Shown one piece after another: positions 10,663 through 22,496 of a DNA stretch of 64,000 bases (positions are counted from its first letter, which is position 1; the number at the start of each line of letters is the position of its first letter). The stretch is from contig CAWDSK010000002.1 of NCBI GenBank assembly GCA_963804995.1, positions 734,443 to 798,442 on the forward strand, given 5' to 3'. This DNA is from an uncultured Acidobacteriota bacterium (GTDB lineage: Bacteria; Acidobacteriota; Terriglobia; UBA7540). The notes below the pieces were generated by a model. It had not been told where the DNA came from, made no database searches, and was given only the letters and a program-made list of their open reading frames with translations. The position numbers and the translations under genes are program-made.

Positions 10663-11256
10663 TCACATATCCAGAAAGTTTCTCAGCACCCGCAGCCCCA
10701 CCTCGCCTGACTTTTCCGGGTGAAATTGCACGGCCCGGATATTCTTCAGCTCAACGCCCGCGGCGAACGTTTGGCCATACTCCGTTACGGCACAGCTTTC
10801 CGGGGTGACGGGTCCATAATAAGAATGGCAAAAGTAAACGAAGCTGCCAGACGCGACACCTTGGAACAATCCACCATCACGGCGCAACTCAAGCTGGCTC
10901 CAGCCGACGTGCGGCACTTTGAAGACCCCTTGGAAGCGCGTCACGCGGCCGGGCAGGATTCCGAGGCCGGCAACGTCGAGCGCTTCTTCGCTGGTCTCGT
11001 AGAGCGCCTGCAGGCCTAGGCAAATGCCGAGAAAAGGTTTGCCTTCGGCAAGCGACTCGCGCAGCGGCTCCAGCATCTTGCGCTCCGCAAGAGCGTTCAT
11101 CATGGCGCCGAAGTGGCCTTGCCCGGGAAGAATGATTTTGTCGGCGGAACGGAGCCCTGCACCCTGATCGACCGGCCGCCCTTCGAAGCCCAGGTAGTCG
11201 ACCGCCTTGAGCACCGAACCAACATTGCCGGCGCCGTAATCGAGCACGGCAATCAT
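10663..11256 (-). CDS. hisH: Imidazole glycerol phosphate synthase glutaminase subunit
   Basis: DYGAGN, GICLG, PHVGW, QFHPEKS. Confidence 0.96.
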   Translation of the reverse strand: MIAVLDYGAGNVGSVLKAVDYLGFEGRPVDQGAGLRSADKIILPGQGHFGAMMNALAERKMLEPLRESLAEGKPFLGICLGLQALYETSEEALDVAGLGILPGRVTRFQGVFKVPHVGWSQLELRRDGGLFQGVASGSFVYFCHSYYGPVTPESCAVTEYGQTFAAGVELKNIRAVQFHPEKSGEVGLRVLRNFLDM

Positions 11257-11846
11257 AGAAGCCCCTTCGTGCTGGGGAGCTGCGACTTCAGACGGCGGTC
11301 GCGCGAGCACGCGTAGCGCAGGGCGCGCGCAAACGCCTTGAACACGCCTTCCACCGCGTGGTGACTAGAGCGCCCGTACATCACCTTCAGATGGACGTTC
11401 GCCGCCGCACTGGTTGAGAATCCGTGAAAGAAATCTTCCAACAGCTCAGTTTGGAGATCGCCCACGTACCGTACCTTGAGAGGAGCATTCAACACCAGGT
11501 AAGGCCGTCCGCTCAGGTCGATGGCGGCAATCGCCAGCGTTTCATCCATGGGCATCAGAAAGTAACCGGCGCGGTTGATCCCCTTCTTTGAACCCAGCGC
11601 CTCGCGTAGGAGCTGGCCGAGCACGATGCCCACATCTTCCACCGTGTGGTGCTGGTCCACATCCAGGTCGCCGCGTGCCTGGAGGTCCAAATCGAAACCC
11701 CCATGCCGCGTGAAGAGTTCGAGCATGTGATCGAGAAACCGAATACCCGTTGAGATGTGATAGCGGCCGCGTCCATCCAGATTCAAGCGCGCGCGGATAT
11801 CTGTTTCCGCGGTCTTGCGTTGCAATGTGGCGATGCGCGCTTTCAT
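11253..11846 (-). CDS. hisB: Imidazoleglycerol-phosphate dehydratase (monofunctional)
   Basis: [24 protein letters not shown]; no N-terminal phosphatase domain. Confidence 0.96.
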   Translation of the reverse strand: MKARIATLQRKTAETDIRARLNLDGRGRYHISTGIRFLDHMLELFTRHGGFDLDLQARGDLDVDQHHTVEDVGIVLGQLLREALGSKKGINRAGYFLMPMDETLAIAAIDLSGRPYLVLNAPLKVRYVGDLQTELLEDFFHGFSTSAAANVHLKVMYGRSSHHAVEGVFKAFARALRYACSRDRRLKSQLPSTKGLL

Positions 11847-12971
11847 GCAAACCATCCCGTGGAGGAGTAGGAGGCCGTATTCTTCCAGGCCTTCGCGGCG
11901 TTGCGTGTTTCAATCATTTGCTCAAGACGCTCAAGCTCCGCCATCAGCCGGCGTGTTTGGGCCACAGAGCCGATGGTGAAGCGCAGGTAGCCCTTCAGGT
12001 GCGGATCGTAGCTCCAATCCCTAACCAGAATACCTTCGGCACGTAAGAGCTTGGCGATTTCCGGAGCCCTCTCGCCCACGCGAGTCAGGACAAAATTCGC
12101 GGAACTCGGGACGTATGGGATTCCTCGGGCCTCAAGCCAGCGGGAGAAACCCGTTCGATTCTTGCGAATTGACTCTGCATACTTACGCACCTGCGCGTCA
12201 TACTTAATCGCGATCCCCGCGGCGATCAAAGCCAGCGTGTTCACGGCAAATGGGTTCTGCCCGCGCTGCAGCGACTCAATGAGCGGTGCGTTCGCGAACA
12301 GGCACCCCAAACGCAGCGCCGCTAGGCCAAAGGCTTTTGAGAAGGTGCGCGTTACGATCAGGTTCGGATATTTGCGAATCCAGGTCAAAATCGACTCGCC
12401 GGAAAAATCGTGATAGGCCTCGTCGATCAGCACCACTGTCTCTGGGGCGGCTAGCAGAATTGTTTTCAGATCCGTCTTGGGTATCTGCGTGCCGGTGGGA
12501 TTGTTGGGATTGGCCAAGGCTACCCAGCGGACCTTCTCCTTCTTCAACGTCGCGACAAAGGCATCGGTGGGCAGACGGAAATTCTCATCGTAGCGGATGC
12601 GCAGAGTTTTTCCGCCCGACACGTTGTTGAAAAATTCGTATACGGGAAAAGTGGGGGCGGGAACCAACAGCGCGTCATCGGGATCGACGAAGGTGTCGCA
12701 GATCGTTTTGATGGCGTCGTCGGTGCCATTGGCGAGGAGTAACTCCGCCGGCTCGACGCCAAAATAGGTGGCCAGGGTGTTACGGCTTTCGTCGTATTCC
12801 GGGTAACGCGTCACCATTTCAGGGGTCAGGGCACGTCGCAGAGCGCGAATCACCTGGGGGGGGCAACCGACGGTATTTTCATTGAAGTTCGAGCCGCATC
12901 TTGCCGCCCCGGCCCTCCTGGGGAGGCCGATACTTTTTCAGGCGTTCAATGGCTTTGCGCGGTCGAATCAT
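11843..12971 (-). CDS. hisC: Histidinol-phosphate aminotransferase; one extra base near 12888 splits off the first ~28 codons
   Basis: [30 protein letters not shown] at 12971 gives [27 protein letters not shown]; removing one base restores [11 protein letters not shown] in the main frame. Confidence 0.9.
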
Positions 12972-14257
12972 CGCTTCCGGGTCCTCCCTTGGCCGGCAGG
13001 CCTTAACCTGGCCTCGACGGAATAGGCGTGTGCTTTCAGGCCTTCGGTTTGGGCAAGCGTAACGATGGCCTTTCCGAGACCTGCCAGCCCACGACGGCTG
13101 AGGCGCTGTACGGACACGGCCTTCACAAAATCCGCGGCGCTCAGTCCCCCCCGCAATCGCGCCACACCACTTGTAGGCAGAATGTGATTAGTTCCAGAGG
13201 CATAATCACCAGCTGCAACAGGGCTGTAGCCGCCGAGGAAGATGGAGCCAGCAGATTGGACACGGTTGAGCAGCCCGGTCGCGCCCTCAAAGAGGGTAAG
13301 GTGCTCAGGGGCCAGGCGGTTCACGAGCTCAGCGGCCTCTTGGAGGTTCCGTGTCACAACGATCGCACCCTGGGCCTCCAGTGCCTGCTCCGCCACGGGC
13401 AGCCCCAGCCGCGCCAGGATTCCGCACACTGCTGCCTGCACCTGGAGCGCCAGCTTGGGCGAAGGCGTAATGAAGATCGCCACCGCGTCGGGATCGTGTT
13501 CAGCTTGCGCCACCAGGTCGGACGCGATCCATTCCGCGTTGCCGCGTGCGGCGACCAGGACGAGCTCCGATGGTCCAGCGATAAAATCGATACCACACTC
13601 GCCCGCCACCAGCTTCTTGGCGGCGGCAACGTAACGATTCCCCGGACCGACAATCTTGTCGACCCGCGGCACGGATTCGGTGCCAAAGGCAAAGGCAGCC
13701 ACCGCCTGCGCGCCTCCGAGACGGAAAATCTTCTTCACTCCCAAGAGGTCGGCGGCAACAAGAACGGCCGGCGCGGGCCGCGGTGAGGTGACGATGACCT
13801 CGCGCACGCCGGCTTCCTGGGCGGGGATGACGCTCATCAGCACCGTGGAGGGCAGCGGGAAGCGCCCACCGGGAACATAGCAAGCCACGCGCTCGAGCGG
13901 CCGGATGATCTGTCCAACGCTCACGCCCGCGCTGGTGCTTGACGTCCATGGCCGGGGCAACTGGCGGCGAGCCGCTTGGCGAATGTTCGCAGCAGCCACC
14001 TGTACGGCGGCCACAAAACCGCGAGGAACCTTGCGACAGGCGCGGCGAATCTCCTGGCGGGTCACGGTGAAGCCGGTCTTGCGGAGGTTGAGGTGGTCGA
14101 ACTTTTTCATGTAACGCAGCAGGGCGCGATCGCCGCGCCGCCGGACGTCGTCAAGGATGGGGCGCACAACCGCCTCAGCTTCTGCCATGGTGTTGGTTCG
14201 TGCCCGCAGCAGCCGGTTAATGGCTGCTGCATCGCTGCTGCGAATAATATCAAGCAT
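12968..14257 (-). CDS. hisD: Histidinol dehydrogenase
   Basis: YVPGG, GGAQAVAA, KIVGPGNRYV, AGPSE, QAEHD, GDYASGTNHILPT. Confidence 0.97.
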   Translation of the reverse strand: MLDIIRSSDAAAINRLLRARTNTMAEAEAVVRPILDDVRRRGDRALLRYMKKFDHLNLRKTGFTVTRQEIRRACRKVPRGFVAAVQVAAANIRQAARRQLPRPWTSSTSAGVSVGQIIRPLERVACYVPGGRFPLPSTVLMSVIPAQEAGVREVIVTSPRPAPAVLVAADLLGVKKIFRLGGAQAVAAFAFGTESVPRVDKIVGPGNRYVAAAKKLVAGECGIDFIAGPSELVLVAARGNAEWIASDLVAQAEHDPDAVAIFITPSPKLALQVQAAVCGILARLGLPVAEQALEAQGAIVVTRNLQEAAELVNRLAPEHLTLFEGATGLLNRVQSAGSIFLGGYSPVAAGDYASGTNHILPTSGVARLRGGLSAADFVKAVSVQRLSRRGLAGLGKAIVTLAQTEGLKAHAYSVEARLRPAGQGRTRKR

Positions 14258-15129
14258 TAGACGACGATCTTATTCAGAGGGTATTCCACAATGCCCTGCG
14301 CGTTGGCGGCTTTGAGACGTGGAATGATTTCGCGCACGGTTTTTTCCTCAATTACGGTGTTGACGGCGACCCAATCGGAATCGCTCAAGTTTGAAATTGT
14401 GGGGCGCTTCAAAGCGGGAAGAACGGAGAGCACGTTTTCCAGATCGGCGCGGCGCACGTTGAGCATCAGGCCGACCTTGCCCGCGGCCTCGATGGCACCT
14501 TCGAGCAACATGACCAGAGTTTGGATCTTCTGGCGCTTCCAAGGATCTTCCCAGGCCGCCGGGTTGGCAATGAACTTGGTGTTCGATTCCAGCACCGTCT
14601 CGACGATCCGCAGGCCGTTGGCGCGCAGCGAAGAGCCCGTTTCGGTGACTTCCACAATGGCATCCGCCAGCACGGGGGGCTTCACTTCTGTCGCGCCCCA
14701 GGAAAACTCCACTTTGGCTTTGACGCCGTTCCGGGCGAGGTAGCGCTGGGTCACCCCCACCAGCTCCGTGGCGATGATTTTTCCCTCCAGGTCCTTGACG
14801 CTCTGGAAGGGAGACTTCTCCGGCACCGCCAGCACCCAGCGCACTTTGCCGAAGGTCTGCTTGGCGTATACCAAGTCAGCCACCTCCGCCACGTTGGCGT
14901 CGTTTTCAAGGATCCAATCCTTGCCGGTCAGGCCGGCGTCCAGGATGCCATCCTCGACGTACCGCGCCATTTCCTGCGCGCGGATCAGCATGCACTCGAT
15001 TTCATCATCATCGATGGAGGGGAAATAGGAGCGCGAATTGACACTGATGTCGTAGCCCGCGCGGCGAAAGAGCTGCAACGAAGCTTCCTGCAGGCTGCCT
15101 TTAGGCAATCCCAATTTCAATACGTTCAT
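14257..15129 (-). CDS. hisG: ATP phosphoribosyltransferase (long form)
   Basis: [39 protein letters not shown]-terminal regulatory domain. Confidence 0.96.
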   Translation of the reverse strand: MNVLKLGLPKGSLQEASLQLFRRAGYDISVNSRSYFPSIDDDEIECMLIRAQEMARYVEDGILDAGLTGKDWILENDANVAEVADLVYAKQTFGKVRWVLAVPEKSPFQSVKDLEGKIIATELVGVTQRYLARNGVKAKVEFSWGATEVKPPVLADAIVEVTETGSSLRANGLRIVETVLESNTKFIANPAAWEDPWKRQKIQTLVMLLEGAIEAAGKVGLMLNVRRADLENVLSVLPALKRPTISNLSDSDWVAVNTVIEEKTVREIIPRLKAANAQGIVEYPLNKIVV

Positions 15130-15521
15130 GTCTGGCTCTCCGGGTTTTTGTCACCATAGACTTTGGCAGGATCGAATTCGCGCGTCAGGATGATTTCCTC
15201 GCCTGTCCCGGTAAGTTTGCGGAAGAAGCAGGAGCGGTAACCCATATGGCAGCAGCCCGGGCCGCCCAGGTCAGCCTGGATCAGCAGTGCATCGTGGTCG
15301 CAGTCCACCCGGATTTCGCGCACCAGCAGCCGATGCCCGGAGGTTTCACCCTTGGTCCAGAGCTTCTGCCGCGTGCGGCTGAAGAAGGTCACGTACCCGG
15401 AGGTCAGGGTCTGCTGGCACGCCTCGGCATTCATGTATCCGAGCATCAAGACTTTTCCACTGTGACGGTCCTGAACGACGGCGGGAATCAGCCCGTCCGA
15501 TTGAAACTTAAGCTCTAACAT
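15126..15521 (-). CDS. hisI: Phosphoribosyl-AMP cyclohydrolase
   Basis: [33 protein letters not shown]; no fused HisE domain. Confidence 0.95.
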   Translation of the reverse strand: MLELKFQSDGLIPAVVQDRHSGKVLMLGYMNAEACQQTLTSGYVTFFSRTRQKLWTKGETSGHRLLVREIRVDCDHDALLIQADLGGPGCCHMGYRSCFFRKLTGTGEEIILTREFDPAKVYGDKNPESQT

Positions 15522-15540
15522 ATAGTGCTCCGATGGTTGG

Positions 15541-15578
15541 AAATAAAAAAGCCCGCTGAGTCCACGTGCCAGCGGGCT
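15541..15578 (-). terminator. Attenuator terminator of the his leader
   Basis: Minus strand AGCCCGCTG...CAGCGGGCT followed by TTTTTATTT, just upstream of hisI. Confidence 0.85.
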
Positions 15579-15602
15579 GCTTCGTTAATCAAGCTTGGTG
15601 GC

Positions 15603-15677
15603 CTAAGCATATGCCCACTGACACGCCACCTCAAACCTGCAATAATGATGATGGGTGTGTGCCAGTGCGCTCAACAT
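15603..15677 (-). CDS. hisL: his operon leader peptide MLSALAHTHHHYCRFEVACQWAYA
   Basis: 24-aa ORF with four His codons in five positions, followed by competing antiterminator and terminator stems. Confidence 0.8.
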   Translation of the reverse strand: MLSALAHTHHHYCRFEVACQWAYA

Positions 15678-15835
15678 GAACTTCCAAACTACAATGGTAG
15701 TCGCAATCTGTCAATACGAAATCGCGGAAATCCCTTGGAGGGCGCGCGCCTGAGATTTCGGGTCGCGTCAACACTCCTTCGGCAGATACTCTTGCAGGGC
15801 GCGGTCGCAAGAATTTTCTTGCGACCGCGCCCTGC

Positions 15836-16234
15836 CTATTGTTGGGTCAAAACCTCGTGGCTTTCCTCGCCCTTAGCTCTGCCTACCAGGTAGCCATCGG
15901 CGTTATCAGGTGGCCAGAACTCGGAAAGAGTTCTCACATCCCCGACTTTATCGAACACCACCTGCGCGTGGTGCTTCTCTTCCGGGTGGGTCTCCGCGAG
16001 CCGCTCGATAATGGGAAGAAACATCGCTTTTTTGGTATCCAGGTTGCGAAGTACCAGGGTGGCTCGCTGGCCTGAGGTGAGCACAAATTCGTACTTCCCG
16101 GTCGGCATCTCCTTCTTGCCCACCATAAACTTGAACGGGACGTCCAACGGTATAGTCAGCGTACTCTGCCCGAAAACTAACCCCGCAGCCATGAGGCAGA
16201 GGAGACATAAGGTGATCAGAACCTTGCATTTCAT
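15836..16234 (-). CDS. Hypothetical secreted protein
   Basis: Signal-peptide-like N terminus, VPFKFMVGKKEMPTGKY motif, AGGAGG RBS. Confidence 0.75.
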   Translation of the reverse strand: MKCKVLITLCLLCLMAAGLVFGQSTLTIPLDVPFKFMVGKKEMPTGKYEFVLTSGQRATLVLRNLDTKKAMFLPIIERLAETHPEEKHHAQVVFDKVGDVRTLSEFWPPDNADGYLVGRAKGEESHEVLTQQ

Positions 16235-16734
16235 TAGTTAACCTCCTAAGTTTTTGAGATTTCGACGGGGATTTTCTGAACCCCACCCACCTTGCCACTC
16301 AGCCGGCCAGGGCAAGCGGCGCAGGTCCGGCATTCACTGAGACACCCTCACGGCATTTGCACGCATGTGGGAATGAACGCGCAATCAATCAAAAAATTTG
16401 CCCAACTGGTTCAAATAATACGACCCTGAATGATGCCAACTGATGCAGAAAGCATACCATAACCACAGGAATATCCTGAAAATTTATTGAATCGACGAGC
16501 GGGCATACCGGGTATTGGGTTTATGGATTATCAGAACGGCGCCGCTTGGGCAGTCGTTTACGGATCCGAGGACTACGGCGTGTCCAGCAGCATTTGGGGC
16601 AGGGTTTTTGCTGCCGGCGGAATAGGACATGTTGGGGGGCGTCGCAGGCGTCCTTGCGGCGCCCGTCCCGGAAAAGGGAACCAGATAGAAAGGGAGGGCG
16701 GTCGAAGCCCTCCCCGTAGAGCTGTGGAGGCGAG

Positions 16735-18045
<1,311 letters not shown>

Positions 18046-18312
18046 TTAGGACCCGCGATTCTAACACACCGGGGCTTCGAAATAACCGGGCAAACAATTG
18101 GGGCGGCATTCTGTCGCCTCCTCAGGCTACCGAGCTTCAGTCCCCGCACTCTTCGGCAGAGGTTGGATTTTGAAATCGGCGGCGGCGTGTCCATAATGTG
18201 GGAGTGGGTCGGCCTCGGAAAGAGTGCGGCAGAAACCCCGCAAGTGCACGCTGGGAGCTGGGTTGAGAAGCGAGTTGCGGTTGTGCAGTGAGCGCTAATC
18301 TGGGAGGTAGCC

Positions 18313-20008
18313 ATGAAGAAAGTTGGCAAGATTATTTTGGTGGTGATCGGCGTCGTTGTGGCGTTGCAAGTGGTGGTTTTCGCTATCGTATCCTTCGCCC
18401 GGCGCGTGAAACCGGAAACGGTTCTCTCCTTTCGCATTGAGGGCGAAATTCCCGAGCAGGCGCCGCAAGACTCCATCCGGGATTGGCTGGTGGGCCCCAC
18501 GACCACGGTCACCGACCTCACGGAGGCGATTGACAGGGCGCGTACGGATCCGCACATCACCGGGCTTGAGATCCGCATCAGCGAGACGACGATGAACATG
18601 GCCAAAATCCAGGAAATCCGCGACCGGATTCGCGCCTTCAACCGCACCGGCAAGTTCAGTGTTGCGTATCTCGAGTTCGCGACCGATCGTTCCTATTATC
18701 TCGCTGCGGCCTGCCAGACCCTCCTCATGCTCCCCAAGTCGGAGCTCTATGTTCGAGGGCTCATGGCATCCACCACCTTTCTGCGGGGCACGTTCGACAA
18801 GCTAGGCATCTTTCCTGACTTTATCCACATTGGCGATTACAAGAACGCCACGAACGTTTTCACGGAAAAGAAGTACACGCCCGCCCATCGCGAGGCGACG
18901 CAGGCGCTGGTGGAGGACTGGTATCACGAGTTCTTGCAAGGTACGGCGGAGTCTCGAGGGCTGAAGGTTGAAGACATGGAGAAGACGATCGCCGCCGGGC
19001 CGTTCACTTCGGACGCTGCCCCGGCCGCGCACCTGGTGGATCGAGTGGCCTACTGGGGAGACGTTCCGCAAACTTGTCGATGAGAAGAACCACGGCCACG
19101 ACCGGCGCATCAGCCTGCACAATTACCTGGATCGGACGAACAGTGAGAGCGGCACAAAACTTGCCGTGATTTACGCCGTGGGCACCATCCTGCCCGGCCA
19201 CAACGGTCATACGCCGTTGGGCGAAGAAGTGATGGGCTCTGAGACGATTGCGGAGCAGTTCAAGCACGCGCGCGAGGACGACGCCGTGAAGGCGGTGATC
19301 CTGCGTGTGGATTCGCCGGGGGGCGCGGCTTTCGCGTCCGAGGTGATCCGCCATGAAGTGGAGCTGACGAAACCCTCGAAGCCCGTGGTGGTTTCGATGT
19401 CGGACGTCGCCGCCTCCGGGGGCTACTGGATTGCCATGTCGGCCAACCGGATTGTGGCTGAGCCCGGCACGCTGACAGGTTCCATAGGAGTCTTTATCGG
19501 GAAGTTTAATATCCTGGGACTGTTTGAGAAACTCGGTCTGAGCGAGGATACTATTACCACCACGGAGAATTCCACGCTCGAATCTCCCTTCCAGAATTTC
19601 ACTCCGGCGCAACGGCAGGTTGTGATGAAGAATATGCGCTCGACCTACGACGAGTTTCTCCGGGGTGTGGCGGCGGGGCGCCACATGACGGTGGAAGATG
19701 TGGATAAGATCGCCCAGGGACGCGTGTGGACCGGCGAGCGGGCCAAGCAGCTCGGCCTGGTGGACGATCTTGGCGGGTTGCACACGGCGATCACCCGCGC
19801 CCGCGAGCTGGCCAGGATCCCCGCAGATGAAAAGGTAAGCCTGGTGTTTATGCCGCCGCACCGCTCGCTGCTGGACCGCCTCCTGAATCTTTCGGATGAC
19901 GACGCCTCCGCCGTCACGCTCTCCCCCCGCGCCTGGCTGGGCAGGCTGGAATCACTCGCCAGCTATCCGGCCTGGGCGCTGCTGCCGGAAGTGCCTAAAG
20001 TACAGTAG
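18313..20008 (+). CDS. sppA: Signal peptide peptidase SppA (67K type), split by one extra base near 19055-19066
   Basis: N-half YYLAAAC, IGDYKNA; C-half LRVDSPGG, SMSDVAASGGYWIA, GSIGV, AQGRVWTG; halves join as AYW..RKLVDEK. Confidence 0.88.
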
Positions 20009-20175
20009 GCAGAATGCAGCAAGCAGTAGGCAGCGAGCACTTTGTGCGAGTCCCGACAAAGTCGGGAAAAGCCGCAGGCAGCGAGCGTTCGCTGCCTATC
20101 TCAAATTTGTCTGGACTCGCACAGGACGCTCGCCGCCTTCTGCCTACTGCTTTCTGCCTTCTGTTCTACTCCGGC
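20005..20175. repeat. AGGCAG-rich inverted repeat cluster; related copy at ~24549-24611
   Basis: GCAGTAGGCAG...TGTGCGAGTCC arm and its inverse GGACTCGCACA...CTGCCTACTGC. Confidence 0.55.
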
Positions 20176-20362
20176 TCTTCAAACATTCCTTGTTCAGGGA
20201 CGACGACAATTCCGGTTGACGACGTGCCGTTGCCGTGACGGTATCGAACGTGAGAAAATTTCGGGGTTGGTGGCCGCCATCAAGATCGGTGGACTTTCGG
20301 CCGTGGCGACCCGTGGTTACCCGCTTTCAAGATGTTAGGGCATATAACAGGCTGATGAAGAA

Positions 20363-20441
20363 CGACGTAGCGGCGGGTTTACCCCGCCATACGCTGTCGA
20401 AATCGTTGGCGATATGGCGGGGTAAACCCGCCGCTACGTCG
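20363..20441. repeat. GTAG-type REP doublet (REPIN-like)
   Basis: Perfect 29-bp inverted repeat CGACGTAGCGGCGGGTTTACCCCGCCATA; each arm is itself a hairpin. Confidence 0.8.
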
Positions 20442-20492
20442 CACCGTTAGGGTTTTCCACAACCTGTTAAGATACTAAGGAGATAAACCGCC

Positions 20493-21457
20493 ATGAATGC
20501 TGCTGTCGTCAGTGCCTTTGATGCACCTCCCCGCTACAGCGTGTTTGCAGAGCCTGTCGCTGCCGAAGGAGAAAAGATTGTGACCGTAACCGCAGCGGGT
20601 CTCCATCCGATCGTAAAAGCGCTGGCGAACGGAACTCACTACGGCAGTCCGGCAGAACTGCCGTTCATTGCCGGAGTCGACGGAGTGGGGCGTTTGCAGG
20701 ACGGCAGGCGCGTTTATTTTGGCATCTCACGAGGACCGTTCGGTACTTTCGCTGAGCGCGCGCCCGCGGCCAGCCGGATGTGCCTGCCGCTGCCCGACGG
20801 GATCAGTGACGTGACCGCCTGCGGGAATTGCGAATCCGGCCATGTCTTCCTGGGTGGCACTTAAGGTGCGGGCAAAGTTTGTGGCGGGAGAAAGCGTTCT
20901 GATCCTGGGCGCCACAGGAGTTGCCGGGCGGCTGGCAGTACAAATCGCCAAACGCCTGGGGGCGCGACGCGTCATCGCCGCTGGTCGTAATCCCCAAGCG
21001 CTGGATAAGCTGCACGAACTGGGAGCAGACGCAACCCTATCGACTCGAGCAAGAGCATCAGGATCTGCTGTCGGCATTTCGTCGCGAGTGGGCAGAAGCG
21101 GGGGTGGATGTTGTGCTCGACTATCTCTGGGGCCATCCCGCAGAGAGCGTGATGGAAGCGATCTCTCAAAAGGGGCTCCGCATCGCTCCATCCCGTGTCC
21201 GGTTTGTACAGATTGGCGCGAGTGCGGGCAATCCCATCTCGCTCGGTGCGGATACTCTGCGCAGTTCGGGCCTCGAACTTCTTGGAAGCGGCTTCGGAAG
21301 CGCGTCGCTCGATCAGATCTGGCAGGCCCTGGCGGAGTTTTTCAACGCGGCAGTGCAGGAGCCGTTTCAGTTCAATACCAAGGCCGCGCCCCTCGGTGAT
21401 GTTGAAGCGCTCTGGAACACTCCTGAACAAGGTGTGCGGCTGGTGTTCCAACCGTGA
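20493..21457 (+). CDS. Zinc-binding alcohol dehydrogenase / quinone oxidoreductase (MDR) family protein, two frameshifts (~20820, ~21044)
   Basis: GVDGVG, ANPAMSSW, VLILGATGVAG, DVVLDYLWG motifs lie in three consecutive frames. Confidence 0.8.
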
Positions 21458-21739
21458 TTCGGTTTGAGCAGGCCAGGATGAAGCGGCCCGCCGACGCCCC
21501 GGTAGCAAACGTAGCGTAGGGTCCGCACTTGTGAGTCCGCCAATCCTTATGGCGGACGGCTTTTCCATCGCGACGTGGTTTTGACTGCGCGGTTGAAGTT
21601 GTGATGATTTCATTTCGGTAAGCTTAGAAAAATCAAGATTGCCCAGGGTGCGACGCGGAAAAGGCCAAGGATTGGACGTGGCAACAGAGATGTTGCCTCG
21701 GTTCGTGGGGTGCCCGATGCATCGGGCGCCCTACGTCAA

Positions 21740-22042
21740 TTATGGAGTGGTTTCAACAGTGAGCCTGAGCCCGATTGCCTTGGTGACGGCAACTAATGTA
21801 GACAAGCGAGGATTGCCGTGCGCTGACAAAGCCCGGTAAAGGCTCTCGCGCTCAATGCCGGCGGCCTTAGCAACTTTGGCGATGCCCTGGGCTTGGGCGA
21901 GGTGGCGCAAGGCAATCAACAGAACGCGGGGTTCGTCCTCGTCCTCCAATGCCGCTTTCAGGTACTCGGCGGCAAAATCCGAGTCCTTGCGGAGCCGCCG
22001 AACGATGGCGTCGTCGTGGCTGACGCTGGCTTTACGTTTCAT
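21740..22042 (-). CDS. Addiction-module antidote protein (HTH antitoxin)
   Basis: FAAEYLKAALE, GIAKVAKAAGIERESLYRALS.GNPRLSTL. Confidence 0.88.
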   Translation of the reverse strand: MKRKASVSHDDAIVRRLRKDSDFAAEYLKAALEDEDEPRVLLIALRHLAQAQGIAKVAKAAGIERESLYRALSAHGNPRLSTLVAVTKAIGLRLTVETTP

Positions 22043-22125
22043 GAGGTTTCGCTCCTTTCTTTATAATCTCTATCGTCAAAGACATCTTTTCCGGCACGGC
22101 TGAGGTAGTGGCGAATCTCGATCAC
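22039..22125 (-). pseudogene. RelE/ParE-like addiction-module killer toxin with internal in-frame deletion (28 aa remain)
   Basis: MIEIRHYLSRAGKDVFDD joined directly to RDYKERSETS; stop overlaps the antitoxin ATG (ATGA). Confidence 0.75.
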
Positions 22126-22132
22126 AGTTTCT

Positions 22133-22161
22133 ATTGTAACTTATAAATCACAGGCTGGCAA
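22133..22161 (-). promoter_or_regulatory. Sigma70-type promoter with overlapping palindromic operator for the TA locus
   Basis: TTGCCA-17 nt-TACAAT ending 7 nt before the GTG start; imperfect palindrome TGTAACTTATAAATCACA. Confidence 0.65.
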
Positions 22162-22172
22162 ATCAACAAAGT

Positions 22173-22287
22173 CGCTCGCTCCAAGAAGGGGAGCCAAGGG
22201 CGCAGGCGACCAGAAAGCGCGGTGTGCGCCTCCTTGGCGGTGAGAAACCCGCAAGCGGTGGAAAAAGCCTTCATCAACAAGTCGTGA
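22173..22287 (+). pseudogene. XRE/YiaG-like HTH antitoxin C-terminal remnant, copy 1
   Basis: RSLQEGE/QGRRRPESAVCASLAVRNPQAVEKAF resembles the WEQGRRxP...AY L...NP.AV pattern. Confidence 0.6.
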
Positions 22288-22496
22288 GATGCGAAGGGTA
22301 TCAGGCATGAGAAAAGCCCACAGTCAGGAATGCGCTGACTGTGGCTACCTGCTTTCCGACCTGGATTCAAGTGAAGCCATACTCGCAGGGCATGCTCTTG
22401 CCAACAAGGAAGAACCCACGGTCAGCGAACCACTGACCGCGGCTACCCGCTGCACAGACGCCCATTCTCCTGCGGCGCACCGATTTTCATGACACG

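Noticed and set aside
15525..15893. 122-aa plus-strand ORF
   Set aside because: Antisense to the his leader; its MMM run is the complement of the His codons
22187..22290. Structured ncRNA or group II intron fragment (repeat with GAAA-like loops)
   Set aside because: No domain V match; both copies translate to an HTH antitoxin tail
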